From contig OZ240229.1 in assembly GCA_965197805.1 (NCBI GenBank), positions 3,135,748 through 3,199,747 on the forward strand: a stretch of DNA of 64,000 nucleotides, given 5' to 3'. A model generated the notes under the pieces. That model saw only the letters and a list, made by a program, of their open reading frames with translations. It searched no databases and had not been told where the DNA came from. The translations under genes were made by a program, and so were the position numbers. Positions 44,638 to 54,258 of this stretch are shown here, in pieces (the stretch's first letter is position 1; the number at the start of each line of letters is the position of its first letter). Source of the stretch: Dehalococcoidia bacterium. Its GTDB lineage: Bacteria; Chloroflexota; Dehalococcoidia; Lucifugimonadales; JAAXIE01.

Positions 44638-47256
44638 TTATGCCATATCCTGGGCCAGACCTTGGGCGGCCTGCTGCAGGGCATACAGCTTATTCAATGC
44701 CTCCAGTGGGGTCATGCTGGACAAGTCCATGTCCAGCAGCTCTTGCGAAAAGTCGGCTGTAAACACGCTGGACATCAGGGAAAGCTGTTCCCCTTGTGAC
44801 TTGGTGGAGCGGCGCTTACGTCCGACCTGCTTGGGGCTGGTTTGATTGAGTCCCTGTCCGCTAGGCTGATGCGACTCCAGTTCGGTCAGTATCTCCCAAG
44901 CCCGGTTGGTCACCGCGGGAGGAAGTCCTGCCAAGCGCGCCACCTGTACCCCGTAGCTGCGGTCAGCGCTGCCCGGCAGAATGCGGTGGAGGAAGACCAC
45001 GCGGCCATCCTCCTCGGAGACGGCCACGCAGTGATTACGAACGCCAGGCAGCGACGAGGCCAACTGAGTAAGCTCGTGGTAGTGGGTGGCGAACAGGGAG
45101 CGGCACCCCAGACGGGGATGACTGTGCAAGTACTCCGTCACAGCCCGGGCGATGGACATGCCGTCGTAGGTGCTGGTGCCTCGCCCGATCTCGTCCAGCA
45201 CTACCAGAGACCGTGGCGTGGCTTGGTTGAGGATAGCCGCCGTCTCCACCATCTCTACCATGAAAGTGGACTGTCCTGTGGCGAGGTCGTCCTGTAGACC
45301 AACACGGGTGAATATGCGATCGACCAAGCCGATAGTGGCGGAGGAGGCAGGCACGTAGCTGCCGATCTGGGCCATGAGGGTGATGATGGCCACATGCCGG
45401 ATGTAGGTGGACTTGCCTGACATGTTGGGACCGGTGAGGAGCACAAGACGCTGGTCGCCGGTGTCGAGATGGGTGTCATTGGGAACGTATGTACCCGTTG
45501 GGACGACACGCTCCACCACAGGATGGCGCCCGTCCTTGATTTCGATGCGCTGTTCTTCAGTCAGCTCTGGACGCACGTAGCCGTGTCGGGCTGCAATCTC
45601 AGCTAGGGATGCGCAGACGTCCAAGTGGGCCACTGCTGATGCCAAGGCGGTCAGGGACACGCCTGCGGCCGCCACTTGCGCGCAAAGCTGATGGTAAAGC
45701 TCTTTCTCCAGCTCCGCCGCTTCTTCCCGTGCGTTCAGCACCAGCGATTCGTATTCTTTGAGTTCGGGAGTGATGTACCGCTCGGCCCCTACCAGCGTCT
45801 GGCGTCGCTGGTAGCTCTCCGGCACCTGTCCAGTATGGGAGTTGCTGACCTCTATGTAGTACCCAAAGACGCGGTTGTAACCGACCTTGAGGTTGCGTAT
45901 TCCGGTGCTCTCCCGCTCGTGGGACTCCACTCGGGCAATATACTGGCGCGCATCGCTGGCGGCAGAGCGGGCTTGGTCCAGCCTCTCTGAGAGTCCTACC
46001 CGCACGATCCCTCCATCGCCCACCAAGCCGCTGGGCTCCGTCTCGATGGCCCGCTCGATGAGAGATGCCACATCAGAGCAAGGATGGAACCCTGCCGGAA
46101 GCCAGTCAGGTGGTCCTCCGGGAGACTCCTGAACAAGCTGGACGAGTTCGGCAGCGGCGTACAGGCTCGTCTTGAGGCCCACCAGCTCACGGGGCTGGGC
46201 GTTGCCCAAGCGTATCCGCGTCAACACCCGCTCCATGTCTATGATGCGCGACATGGAGGAACGGGTCTTATCTCGCAGCAACATGTCGTCACAGAACCAG
46301 CCCACTGCATCCTGCCTCCGGACCAATTGTGGCAGGTCAAGGAGGGGCTGGCTGAGCCAGCGACGGAACAGACGCGCTCCCATGGGGGTGCGAGTCACAT
46401 CCAAGGAACTCAGCAACGACAGGCCTCGGTCGCCCCAACGACCTCCCTCGAAGATTTCCAGGTTGCGCCGCGTCTGCTGGTCCAGCGTCATGAAGGTGGC
46501 AGTGGAGTAGCAGTTGAGCCCATTCAGCTCTTTGACAGCCCCCTTCTGGGTCTCGGTCAAGTATTCGATGATGGCTCCGGCGGCCCCGGTGGCTAGCGGC
46601 AGACCCTCACATCCGAAAGCCTCCAAGCTGACCACGCCAAAGTGGTCCAGCAGGGTGCGCCGCGCCACGGCGTGGCTAAAGCTGGAGGGCGCGAGCGGGG
46701 TGGCCACCGCGGCTCCGGGCAATTGCGCGGAGTCCTGGTCGCGGGGGACTACAACCTCAGCCGGGGAGATGCGTTCCAGTTCGAAAGGAAGGGCGTCCAG
46801 GGGCAGTTGAGTGGCGGCGAACTCGCCAGTGGAAACGTCGACATAGGCCAGTCCAGCGCTATCGCCAGATATGGTGAGGGCAGCCAGGTAGTTGTTAGAG
46901 GTTTGGTCCAGCAGGGATGATTCCACCACCGTGCCGGGCGTGACCACTCGCACCACGTCCCGGTCCACCAGTCCGCGAGATGCAGCCGGGTCGGACAACT
47001 GCTCGCAGATGGCCACTTTGTAGCCTGCCTTGATGAGCTTACCCAAGTAGCTCTCCAAGGCATGGGCTGGGATTCCGGCCATGGGAATCTTGTTGTCCTT
47101 GCCCATGCTCCGGGAAGTGAGGACGATGTCCAAGACCTCCGACGCGATATGGGAGTCTTCGTCGAAGGTCTCGTAGAAGTCGCCCAGCCGGAACAGCAGC
47201 AGGGTGTCGGGATAGCGTTGTTTGATCTTCAGGTACTGACGGCGTATGGGGGTCAA
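44638..47256 (-). CDS. mutS: DNA mismatch repair protein MutS
   Basis: TP..QY..IK, GDFYE, TGPNMSGKSTY, STFMVEM, DEIGRGTST. Confidence 0.98.
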   Translation of the reverse strand: MTPIRRQYLKIKQRYPDTLLLFRLGDFYETFDEDSHIASEVLDIVLTSRSMGKDNKIPMAGIPAHALESYLGKLIKAGYKVAICEQLSDPAASRGLVDRDVVRVVTPGTVVESSLLDQTSNNYLAALTISGDSAGLAYVDVSTGEFAATQLPLDALPFELERISPAEVVVPRDQDSAQLPGAAVATPLAPSSFSHAVARRTLLDHFGVVSLEAFGCEGLPLATGAAGAIIEYLTETQKGAVKELNGLNCYSTATFMTLDQQTRRNLEIFEGGRWGDRGLSLLSSLDVTRTPMGARLFRRWLSQPLLDLPQLVRRQDAVGWFCDDMLLRDKTRSSMSRIIDMERVLTRIRLGNAQPRELVGLKTSLYAAAELVQLVQESPGGPPDWLPAGFHPCSDVASLIERAIETEPSGLVGDGGIVRVGLSERLDQARSAASDARQYIARVESHERESTGIRNLKVGYNRVFGYYIEVSNSHTGQVPESYQRRQTLVGAERYITPELKEYESLVLNAREEAAELEKELYHQLCAQVAAAGVSLTALASAVAHLDVCASLAEIAARHGYVRPELTEEQRIEIKDGRHPVVERVVPTGTYVPNDTHLDTGDQRLVLLTGPNMSGKSTYIRHVAIITLMAQIGSYVPASSATIGLVDRIFTRVGLQDDLATGQSTFMVEMVETAAILNQATPRSLVVLDEIGRGTSTYDGMSIARAVTEYLHSHPRLGCRSLFATHYHELTQLASSLPGVRNHCVAVSEEDGRVVFLHRILPGSADRSYGVQVARLAGLPPAVTNRAWEILTELESHQPSGQGLNQTSPKQVGRKRRSTKSQGEQLSLMSSVFTADFSQELLDMDLSSMTPLEALNKLYALQQAAQGLAQDMA

Positions 47257-47404
47257 TACGGCCTCAAGGGTCGCGATGGGTGTGGCCTATTCTAACCCAG
47301 CCCGCGGCCTTGGGGAACTCGCTCTTGGCAGTGGGTATGACATCGGCCCCTTGCCTCCGCTTGGGTCGGCGGGGTAGGTTGGTCTCCGATGCCATAGCTA
47401 GCGA

Positions 47405-47413
47405 TGCTATAAT
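47405..47413 (+). promoter_or_regulatory. Extended -10 promoter element
   Basis: TGCTATAAT about 24 nt upstream of ORF 47438. Confidence 0.5.
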
Positions 47414-47437
47414 AGGCTGTCCGCTGAAAGGCTGGAC

Positions 47438-47821
47438 TTGGACGACCATCGAGAGACAATATGGGGCATAAGCCCAAGAGACCGGCAATGGTTCCAAGTG
47501 CTGACATTGATTGGCGGGATCACCGGGTCGGTCATCCTTACTCAGCTGGAAGCCGTCCACGGGACCGTTGCCCCGAACGAGTCTGGCCGGAACATACTGC
47601 TGGGCATCGGAGCGAGCTTCGTCGCTTCAGGCTTCCTCGCTTGGGGGACCCTACAGGTCAAGGAGTTGGTGATGTCCATCGCCGATTGGCTCAAGACAAT
47701 TAACGAGAAGAATCGGGAAAAGTGGAGGCAGGAAGGTTACAAAATGGGCTACAAGGACGCCAGCGAAGGGAAGCCCTTGAAACCGTCCACACCACCGACC
47801 GAAGCGAGCAAGAAGGAATGA
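47438..47821 (+). CDS. Hypothetical 2-TM protein with Rpn-like MSIA...EG C-terminal tail
   Basis: Two hydrophobic helices; internal AAGGAG-N6-ATG at 47672. Confidence 0.7.
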   Translation: MDDHRETIWGISPRDRQWFQVLTLIGGITGSVILTQLEAVHGTVAPNESGRNILLGIGASFVASGFLAWGTLQVKELVMSIADWLKTINEKNREKWRQEGYKMGYKDASEGKPLKPSTPPTEASKKE

Positions 47822-47920
47822 GGACCTTGCCACGGGACTTGTATTCGACAAACGGACAGGGCGTTCTTCGCCCCGCGGGTCTTCTCTGCTTGGACAATCC
47901 CACAAATCCAGGAGTCCTTG

Positions 47921-48109
47921 ATGTCCATCGCCGATTGGCTCAAGACAATTAACGAGAAGAACCGAGAACGATTGCGCAAAGAGGGCATTCAGACAGGCCT
48001 GCAGCAGGGTTATAAGCTAGGATACAGGGACGCGCGTGAAGGAAACCCATGCAACCGCCCGCCAGGACCACAACTGAGAGCATTGAGGAATGATAGCCCT
48101 GGAACATAG
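47921..48109 (+). CDS. Stand-alone paralogue of the C-terminal tail of 47438..47821 (small ORF or relic)
   Basis: 43-bp exact repeat (47670-47712 = 47919-47961); AGGAG RBS. Confidence 0.55.
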   Translation: MSIADWLKTINEKNRERLRKEGIQTGLQQGYKLGYRDAREGNPCNRPPGPQLRALRNDSPGT

Positions 48110-48208
48110 GATGAACAAAGGGCTTGGATTGACAAACACGGCGAGCCGATGCTCAGAATAGCGCCGGTGCGGTGCGCCGCCAACCGTCTGCAGTGGAGCG
48201 TGTGACGT

Positions 48209-48793
48209 ATGGAGATGGCGTTTCTGTTTATACTGCCCGCCGCCCTATGGGCGCACGCTTGGCAAATGCTCGGACGCTACGGCAGCCCACGCTCTCTGGG
48301 CGTAGTCGGGGCTGGTGTGGGCATCATCCTTCTGGCACTGGTGGCCATGTGGCGAGACTCCGCCATCATCATCGGCTCGGACAACGCCTTGTCAGCACTG
48401 GTGCTCGCTTGGGCCATGTATGGCGGGCTGCTGGCAGCCGTGGCCATGCGGGGCTACGACCAGCGAACACTGGGCTACTACGGCCTGTTTCTCGCGCTGG
48501 TGTCTGTGGTGTTCGTGCTTTACTACTTCCTCGGCGACGCGGTGCTCTCCTCCCAGGACGCTAGCCCCACAGGGTTCCTAGGTCAGGGCTTGGGAGTCAT
48601 CAGCTACATCATGGGGGCCTACGCGGCAATACTGGCCGTGCTGGGAGGGCTGCTGTTCCTGCACCTTGCCATACCCATAAGAGGTCTGCGCTTGGTGGCG
48701 GGATGGAGTTTCCTGCTCGGGGCTATAGCCTCGTTGACGCTGGCTGCTCTGGTGGTGCTGGGCCTGTCCCTGCCCGCCTTCGAGATAGTGTAG
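48209..48793 (+). CDS. AmiS/UreI-like membrane channel
   Basis: About 6 TM, GYDQRTLGYYGLFLA motif resembling the AmiS D.R.LGW..LF motif. Confidence 0.65.
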   Translation: MEMAFLFILPAALWAHAWQMLGRYGSPRSLGVVGAGVGIILLALVAMWRDSAIIIGSDNALSALVLAWAMYGGLLAAVAMRGYDQRTLGYYGLFLALVSVVFVLYYFLGDAVLSSQDASPTGFLGQGLGVISYIMGAYAAILAVLGGLLFLHLAIPIRGLRLVAGWSFLLGAIASLTLAALVVLGLSLPAFEIV

Positions 48794-48836
48794 TGGTGAG
48801 GAAGGTCAACTAGGGGACTGGGATTGAAGCAAGGGC

Positions 48837-49649
48837 CTACTGTTTCCAGAAGCGCTCTTCTTTCACCCGGTACCCCTGAGGTTCGAGGCGCTCTCTCAGA
48901 TCTTCAATCATGCCGGGGTGGCCACAGGCGTAGACCAGCAAGTCCTCGTGCCCGAGTCCCCAGCGTTCGATCCACTCTTCCACAATGGTGTTGACCCTCC
49001 CCTTGGCCCCATCCCAGCCAGCATTGCGCTCCTCATTGGGCCGGCTGACAGTGGGAACGTAGGTAACCAACTCGGGGTGCACCCGAGCTATTTCTTCCAA
49101 CTCATCACGGTAGGTGAACTCGTCCTCGTAGCTGGCCCCCTGCAGGATGTAGAAATGGTGTTGTTCTTCACCTTCAGATTGTGCATCCGCGGGACGGTTG
49201 AGATAACTGCGAACGATGCCAACGTAGGGGGACACACCTGTCACTGTGGCCACCATCACATGCTTGTGGACCCGCTGGTCAAGCGTGAAGATGCCCTTGG
49301 CCCGTGGGCGGATGGACATGGTGTCGCCCACCTTCATATCCCACATAATCGGCGTCAGCACACCGTCGGGCAGGGGGACCAGTTCCACGAAGACTTCCAG
49401 CAATTCCTCTTCAGGGGCTGATGCCAGAGAATAAGCCCGCTCGACGCCCTGTCGCCCCAAAGTGCAATACTGGCCCGCCTTGTAAGCGTATGGGACAGCG
49501 GGTTTGAGCTTGAGCACCATCAGGTCTTCAGTTATGTCGATCCGGTGCACCACTTCAGCCCTAGGCAGCCGGGGACGCGCTGCGCTGGGGGCTGACTCCG
49601 TACGGACCTGTTCCGCCAAGGGTCCTCCTAGAGAAGATTCGTCTGGCAT
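48837..49649 (-). CDS. Ferredoxin/flavodoxin-NADP+ reductase (Fpr-type)
   Basis: RAYSLAS, ATVTGVSPY, YACGHPGM, C-terminal ERFW. Confidence 0.9.
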   Translation of the reverse strand: MPDESSLGGPLAEQVRTESAPSAARPRLPRAEVVHRIDITEDLMVLKLKPAVPYAYKAGQYCTLGRQGVERAYSLASAPEEELLEVFVELVPLPDGVLTPIMWDMKVGDTMSIRPRAKGIFTLDQRVHKHVMVATVTGVSPYVGIVRSYLNRPADAQSEGEEQHHFYILQGASYEDEFTYRDELEEIARVHPELVTYVPTVSRPNEERNAGWDGAKGRVNTIVEEWIERWGLGHEDLLVYACGHPGMIEDLRERLEPQGYRVKEERFWKQ

Positions 49650-49655
49650 TCCACC

Positions 49656-52544
49656 CTATCCGGTTTCGCCGCCGTCGGCGAGCTTCTCGATCCTTGCGGG
49701 CACGATGTGGAGGCCTGGAGCAGCGGCGACCGCCCGGGGGTTATCGCTTGCCTGCACTTCTGTCATCACTTGGCCGAAAAGCGCAGTGTGATTGAGGACC
49801 CCTTGGGGCGTCTCCACCCTCACCTGCGCATGAGCCGACATCCGGCCGCTGGCTGTGACTACTTCTATTGAATCGCCATCTTCAATGCCCAAGGCCGCGG
49901 CATCGGCCTGCGAGACCGAGACCAACTCCTCGCGTGTGATATGGTTCTGGCGGCCCTCTTCGATTTCGATGTCTCGCTCGGTTTGCAGCAGTACCCGGCC
50001 CGGTACCAGGAGAAGTGGGAACGCTTCCGAGCTCGGCGGGGTCTCCTTGATAAAGTCAATGGAGGCGACGCTGGCGCGCCACCCCTCGTCGGTGAAGAGG
50101 ACGCCGGTCCCAGGCTGGCCTGCTGACGGGCAGGGCCATTGCAGGCCGAGATACTCTTTGTCGGAGTAGAGGACTTGCGTCGGGCCGGGGCTGGAGGGGT
50201 CAGGCCTGGCTACCCATCGTCCCTCCTTAATCAGTCGCGAATGGGACACACCGCCGTAGAAGGGGCTAACAGCCGATATTTCATCCATGACCTGAGAAAT
50301 TCCCTCATGGCCGAAACCGGCTACTCCCAGTCGTTGGGCAAGCTGGGACAGCACCCAGCTTTCGGGGCGTGGACCGTCCCCAGAATCGCTCGAAGGGGTG
50401 TCCATCGCTGGTCGTAAGAGCTGGACACGCCTCTCCAAGTTGGTGTAGGTGCCCGTTTTCTCCGCAAATACGGCCCGTGGAAGAACCACGTCTGCCCGAG
50501 AGACGACTTCTCCCAAGAACGCGTCTTGGACCACCAGGAACTCTGCCTGGAACGGAGCCTCCGCATCTTCCTCAGACAGGGGGGGAAGGCCCGAAAGCGC
50601 TGAAAGGAAGGCGGGAGGCTCGCCGATCACCATCAAGGCCTTGATGTCGCCGCTTCTGATTTTCTGTGGCAGATCGCGCAGTGGGACACCCTCTTGGGAC
50701 GGAAGGGGACTGGCCCAACGTTGTTGCAATCGGTCACGGGCATCGTCGTCCGACACCGATCGGTAACCTGGCAGCATGTGTGGGACACAGCCGATATCCC
50801 AGCCTCCCTGAACGTTGGCTCCAGCACGCAGAGGATAGAGACCGGTCCCCTCGGAACCGAGGTTGCCGGTGAAGAGAGCGAGGTTGATGAGGACCTGAAT
50901 GCAGCCCGTTGACAATACAGGGCTGATGTTGTCCAAGCTGAATATGATGGCGGTCTTGTCCGCTTGGGAGAAGGTGCGCGCCGCCTCTTCGATGGCCGTC
51001 CACGGGACACCGGTCTCTTGGGCGACAATGTCGGGGTCAACGGCGTGGGCTATGGCGAGAAGGGCTCCAGGGTCCTCACAGTGCGTAGCGAGTTGCTGCC
51101 ACTTGTGTTGCGCCAGCCCGCCGTCCACCACAGCCTTCAGCAACCCGCCCAGTAACAGGAGCTCAGTTCCGGGTACGGGACGCAGGTTGGCAGAAGCGAA
51201 GCGGGTCAGTTCCACCTCCCGGGGGTCCACCACGATCAACTTGGCGCCTGACTTGGTGGCCTTCTTGATTGGCAGGGCCAACACGTTATGCTCTTCGGTG
51301 ATGTTCGCAGCGAAAACCAGCACACAGTCGGACTGCTCCAAGTCCCAGACGGAGCCGGTGGCTGCGGCCATTCCCAGTGAGGCGAGCATCGTATCGGCTA
51401 TCTCAGGGTGATCGTTGCACGTCATGTCCACGTTGTTGCTGCCCATGGCCACGCGGGCGAACTTCTGGGCTAGGTAGTGCTCCTCGTTAGTGGAGTCGCC
51501 TGAAGACAGTAGCGCAAAAGAAGGCCCGTCACAGGCGCGCAACCTGTTGGTGATGAGGTCCAAAGCCTCATCCCAAGTTGCTTCAACCAGTTCGCCTTCG
51601 CGCCGCACCAGCGGGGTACGCAGTCGCTGGCGATGGTTCACATACTCTAAGCCGAATTTGCCCCGGAAGCAGGCTTGGCCCCGATTGGCGGGTGAATGCA
51701 GCTCGGGGATGGAGCGTATGAGGTTGCCCTTGGAGTTGATTTCCAAGTTTAGCTGACACCCCACCGGGCAATGGGGGCAGATGGTGCGCACCACACGGGC
51801 GGCCTTCTCCCACTTGTGGTCCCGCTCCACCAATGCGCCCACGGGGCAAACGTCGAGACATGCTCCGCAGAACTCGCATCCTGACTCCAGCAGCGATGTC
51901 CCGTGGGAGGTGCCCACGAGTGCTTTGCCCGCCCGCTCCACAAAGGTGATGGCGTTGTCGCCACGTATTTCGTCGCAGGCGCGAACGCAGCGGCCGCACA
52001 CGATACACAGGTTGTAGTCGCGGTCGTAGAAAGGGTCGGCGGTATGGATGGGCAGGTCGCGGTACTTATAGTCGAGGGGTGACTCTATGGGAACGCCCAC
52101 GTACCGGGTGGTGTCCTTGAGTTCGCACCTCTCGTTCTTGGGGCACGTCACGCAGCGGTCATTGACGGCCACATGCCTCAGGCAAACGTCCTGTGGTCCA
52201 CACAGGTCAACACGGTGGCAGGTGAGGCAGCCATGGGGGTGCTCGGCGGTGAGCATCTCCATGATCTCCTTGCGCACCGCGCGAACCCCCGGCGAATCGG
52301 TGCGCACCACCATGCCTTCCTGCACAGGCAGGGTGCAGGAAGCGGGAAGCCCACGGCCGCCCTCCACCTCCACGACGCACATGCGACAGGCGGCAAACGG
52401 CTTCATGCCGGGGTGGTAGCAGAGGTACGGGACGTAGACGCCAGCTTGATTCGCAGCTTCCAGAACCATCTGGCCCGGCTGGCAGGTCACCTCGGCACCG
52501 TCAATGTTGAGACTAACGGGGGTCAGACTAACAGGGTCGGCCAC
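49656..52544 (-). CDS. NuoG/FdhF-like Fe-S subunit
   Basis: CYHP..CRMC..C, HxxxCxxC, CIVCGRC, CEFCGAC, CPHCPVGC..C; no Cys/Sec-His in the FDH Mo-ligand loop. Confidence 0.88.
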   Translation of the reverse strand: MADPVSLTPVSLNIDGAEVTCQPGQMVLEAANQAGVYVPYLCYHPGMKPFAACRMCVVEVEGGRGLPASCTLPVQEGMVVRTDSPGVRAVRKEIMEMLTAEHPHGCLTCHRVDLCGPQDVCLRHVAVNDRCVTCPKNERCELKDTTRYVGVPIESPLDYKYRDLPIHTADPFYDRDYNLCIVCGRCVRACDEIRGDNAITFVERAGKALVGTSHGTSLLESGCEFCGACLDVCPVGALVERDHKWEKAARVVRTICPHCPVGCQLNLEINSKGNLIRSIPELHSPANRGQACFRGKFGLEYVNHRQRLRTPLVRREGELVEATWDEALDLITNRLRACDGPSFALLSSGDSTNEEHYLAQKFARVAMGSNNVDMTCNDHPEIADTMLASLGMAAATGSVWDLEQSDCVLVFAANITEEHNVLALPIKKATKSGAKLIVVDPREVELTRFASANLRPVPGTELLLLGGLLKAVVDGGLAQHKWQQLATHCEDPGALLAIAHAVDPDIVAQETGVPWTAIEEAARTFSQADKTAIIFSLDNISPVLSTGCIQVLINLALFTGNLGSEGTGLYPLRAGANVQGGWDIGCVPHMLPGYRSVSDDDARDRLQQRWASPLPSQEGVPLRDLPQKIRSGDIKALMVIGEPPAFLSALSGLPPLSEEDAEAPFQAEFLVVQDAFLGEVVSRADVVLPRAVFAEKTGTYTNLERRVQLLRPAMDTPSSDSGDGPRPESWVLSQLAQRLGVAGFGHEGISQVMDEISAVSPFYGGVSHSRLIKEGRWVARPDPSSPGPTQVLYSDKEYLGLQWPCPSAGQPGTGVLFTDEGWRASVASIDFIKETPPSSEAFPLLLVPGRVLLQTERDIEIEEGRQNHITREELVSVSQADAAALGIEDGDSIEVVTASGRMSAHAQVRVETPQGVLNHTALFGQVMTEVQASDNPRAVAAAPGLHIVPARIEKLADGGETG

Positions 52545-52545
52545 A

Positions 52546-54258
52546 CTACCTCCGGGTACGCTCGGGGAAGGTTCTCTTTTCGGGGCAGAATCCGGCGGGG
52601 CACCGCCTATGTACCATGTGCTCTAGGAACTCGTCCTCGAAGTGGCGCAGGGCCGATGATACTGGGTTGAAGCCCAGCTGGCCATGACCGCAGAGGGAGC
52701 CGGCCTGCATCTGCTGGCCCACGTTGCGCATCAGTTCCAAGTCTCCTGGGCGCGCCTCCAAGGCACAGATGCGCTCGAGCACCTCCAGAAGGTGGGTCAT
52801 GCCGAGCCGGCAGGGGAAGCACTTGCCACAGGACTCGTACTGGCAGAAGGCAATCAGGGCGCGGGTAAGGTCTACTACGCAGGTGTCCTCATCCGCCACG
52901 ACAATGCCCCCGGACCCAAGGATGGCACCCGCTTGGGACATGGCCTCAAAGTCCAGGGGTATGTCCAAGCTGTCGGCTCCGAGAACGCCTCCCAAAGGGC
53001 CACCTGTCTGTAGCAGCTTGAGCCGCTTGCCGCCAGGTATGCCTCCGCCTATATCCTCAATCACCTGCCTCAGGGTTACACCCAGAGGCACCTCGACCAT
53101 TCCGGTGAAGTTGATGTTGCCCGACAGACAGAGGATGGCAGTGCCCTTGGAGCGTTCCTGCCCGATGTCGGCGAACCACTGCCCGCCGTGACGCACGATT
53201 TCAGGCACGTAGGACAGCGTCTTGGCGTTGTTGATGTTGGAGGGCTTGCCGAACACACCGACCTGCGCTGGGAAAGGCGGCCGGTAGCGTGGCATGGCCC
53301 GCTTGCCTTCGATGGACTCCATCAACGCGGTCTCTTCGCCTGCGACGTAAGAATCGCCGGTGAGGGACACCTCGACGTGGAAACTGAAATCGGTGCCTAG
53401 GATGTTGTCGCCCAACAAGCCTTGTTCCGTGGCCTGTTGCAGCGCACGACGGGCGCGGGTGATGGGTCCAACGTGCCCCGAGCGGATGAAGATGTAGCCT
53501 CGAGGGGCCCCAGTGGCGTAGCCAGCCAGTATCATCCCCTCCAGAAGCGTATGGGGGTCTGACTCTAGGATGGCCTTGTCGTTAAAGGCGCCTGGGTCCC
53601 CCTCTTCGCAGTTGCAGAGGATGTATCGGTCTGGCTCACTGGAACCGGCTAGGAAGCGCCACTTGGTAGCCGTGGGGAAGGCGGCGCCGCCACGGCCACG
53701 GAGCCCCGAGACGTTCACTTCTTCCAGTACCTCGGCAGGGGTCATGGAGGTGACGGCCTTGTGCAGGGCTTCGTAACCACCGTTGGCGACATATTGGAAG
53801 ATGTCCATGGGGTCGATGGTGCCTGCATTGCGCAGGGCGATCCGCAACTGACCCTGAATCATGGGATGGTCGCCCAAGTCGGTCCCCACTGCCCCGATAT
53901 GGCCCTCCAAGTGCCCCAAGGCCAGCTCGGGGCGGGATCTGCGGGCGATGATGTGGGACGCGACGATCTCTTCGGCGAGATCAGGGGTCACATGGCCGTA
54001 GACCAACCGGGTGGTGCCGGGGGCCATGACATCCACTAAGGGTTCCGCATGGCATAGACCCATGCAGCCTACCTCGCTGACGTGGGCAGCGACACCTTCG
54101 CGCTCAAGCCGTGCCTTGATGGCTGCCACGACTTGTCTGGAGCCAGCGGCCTCGCCGCACAACGCAGTGCCAACCCTAATCCAAGGTGTGTCGGCCTCGG
54201 TGAATGCGTCCCACCGTGCCCGGGAGTAGGCTAGGATGTCGCTGTATTCTCTAGCCAT
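52546..54258 (-). CDS. nuoF: NuoF/HoxF-like FMN/NAD(P)H-binding subunit with N-terminal thioredoxin-like domain
   Basis: SGLRGRGGAAFPT, EGDPG, GEETAL, ESCGKCFPCR..CGHG. Confidence 0.9.
   Translation of the reverse strand: MAREYSDILAYSRARWDAFTEADTPWIRVGTALCGEAAGSRQVVAAIKARLEREGVAAHVSEVGCMGLCHAEPLVDVMAPGTTRLVYGHVTPDLAEEIVASHIIARRSRPELALGHLEGHIGAVGTDLGDHPMIQGQLRIALRNAGTIDPMDIFQYVANGGYEALHKAVTSMTPAEVLEEVNVSGLRGRGGAAFPTATKWRFLAGSSEPDRYILCNCEEGDPGAFNDKAILESDPHTLLEGMILAGYATGAPRGYIFIRSGHVGPITRARRALQQATEQGLLGDNILGTDFSFHVEVSLTGDSYVAGEETALMESIEGKRAMPRYRPPFPAQVGVFGKPSNINNAKTLSYVPEIVRHGGQWFADIGQERSKGTAILCLSGNINFTGMVEVPLGVTLRQVIEDIGGGIPGGKRLKLLQTGGPLGGVLGADSLDIPLDFEAMSQAGAILGSGGIVVADEDTCVVDLTRALIAFCQYESCGKCFPCRLGMTHLLEVLERICALEARPGDLELMRNVGQQMQAGSLCGHGQLGFNPVSSALRHFEDEFLEHMVHRRCPAGFCPEKRTFPERTRR

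Noticed and set aside
49656-52544. Formate dehydrogenase alpha or a second selenoprotein
   Set aside because: No in-frame UGA and no Cys/Sec-His catalytic pair in the expected loop.
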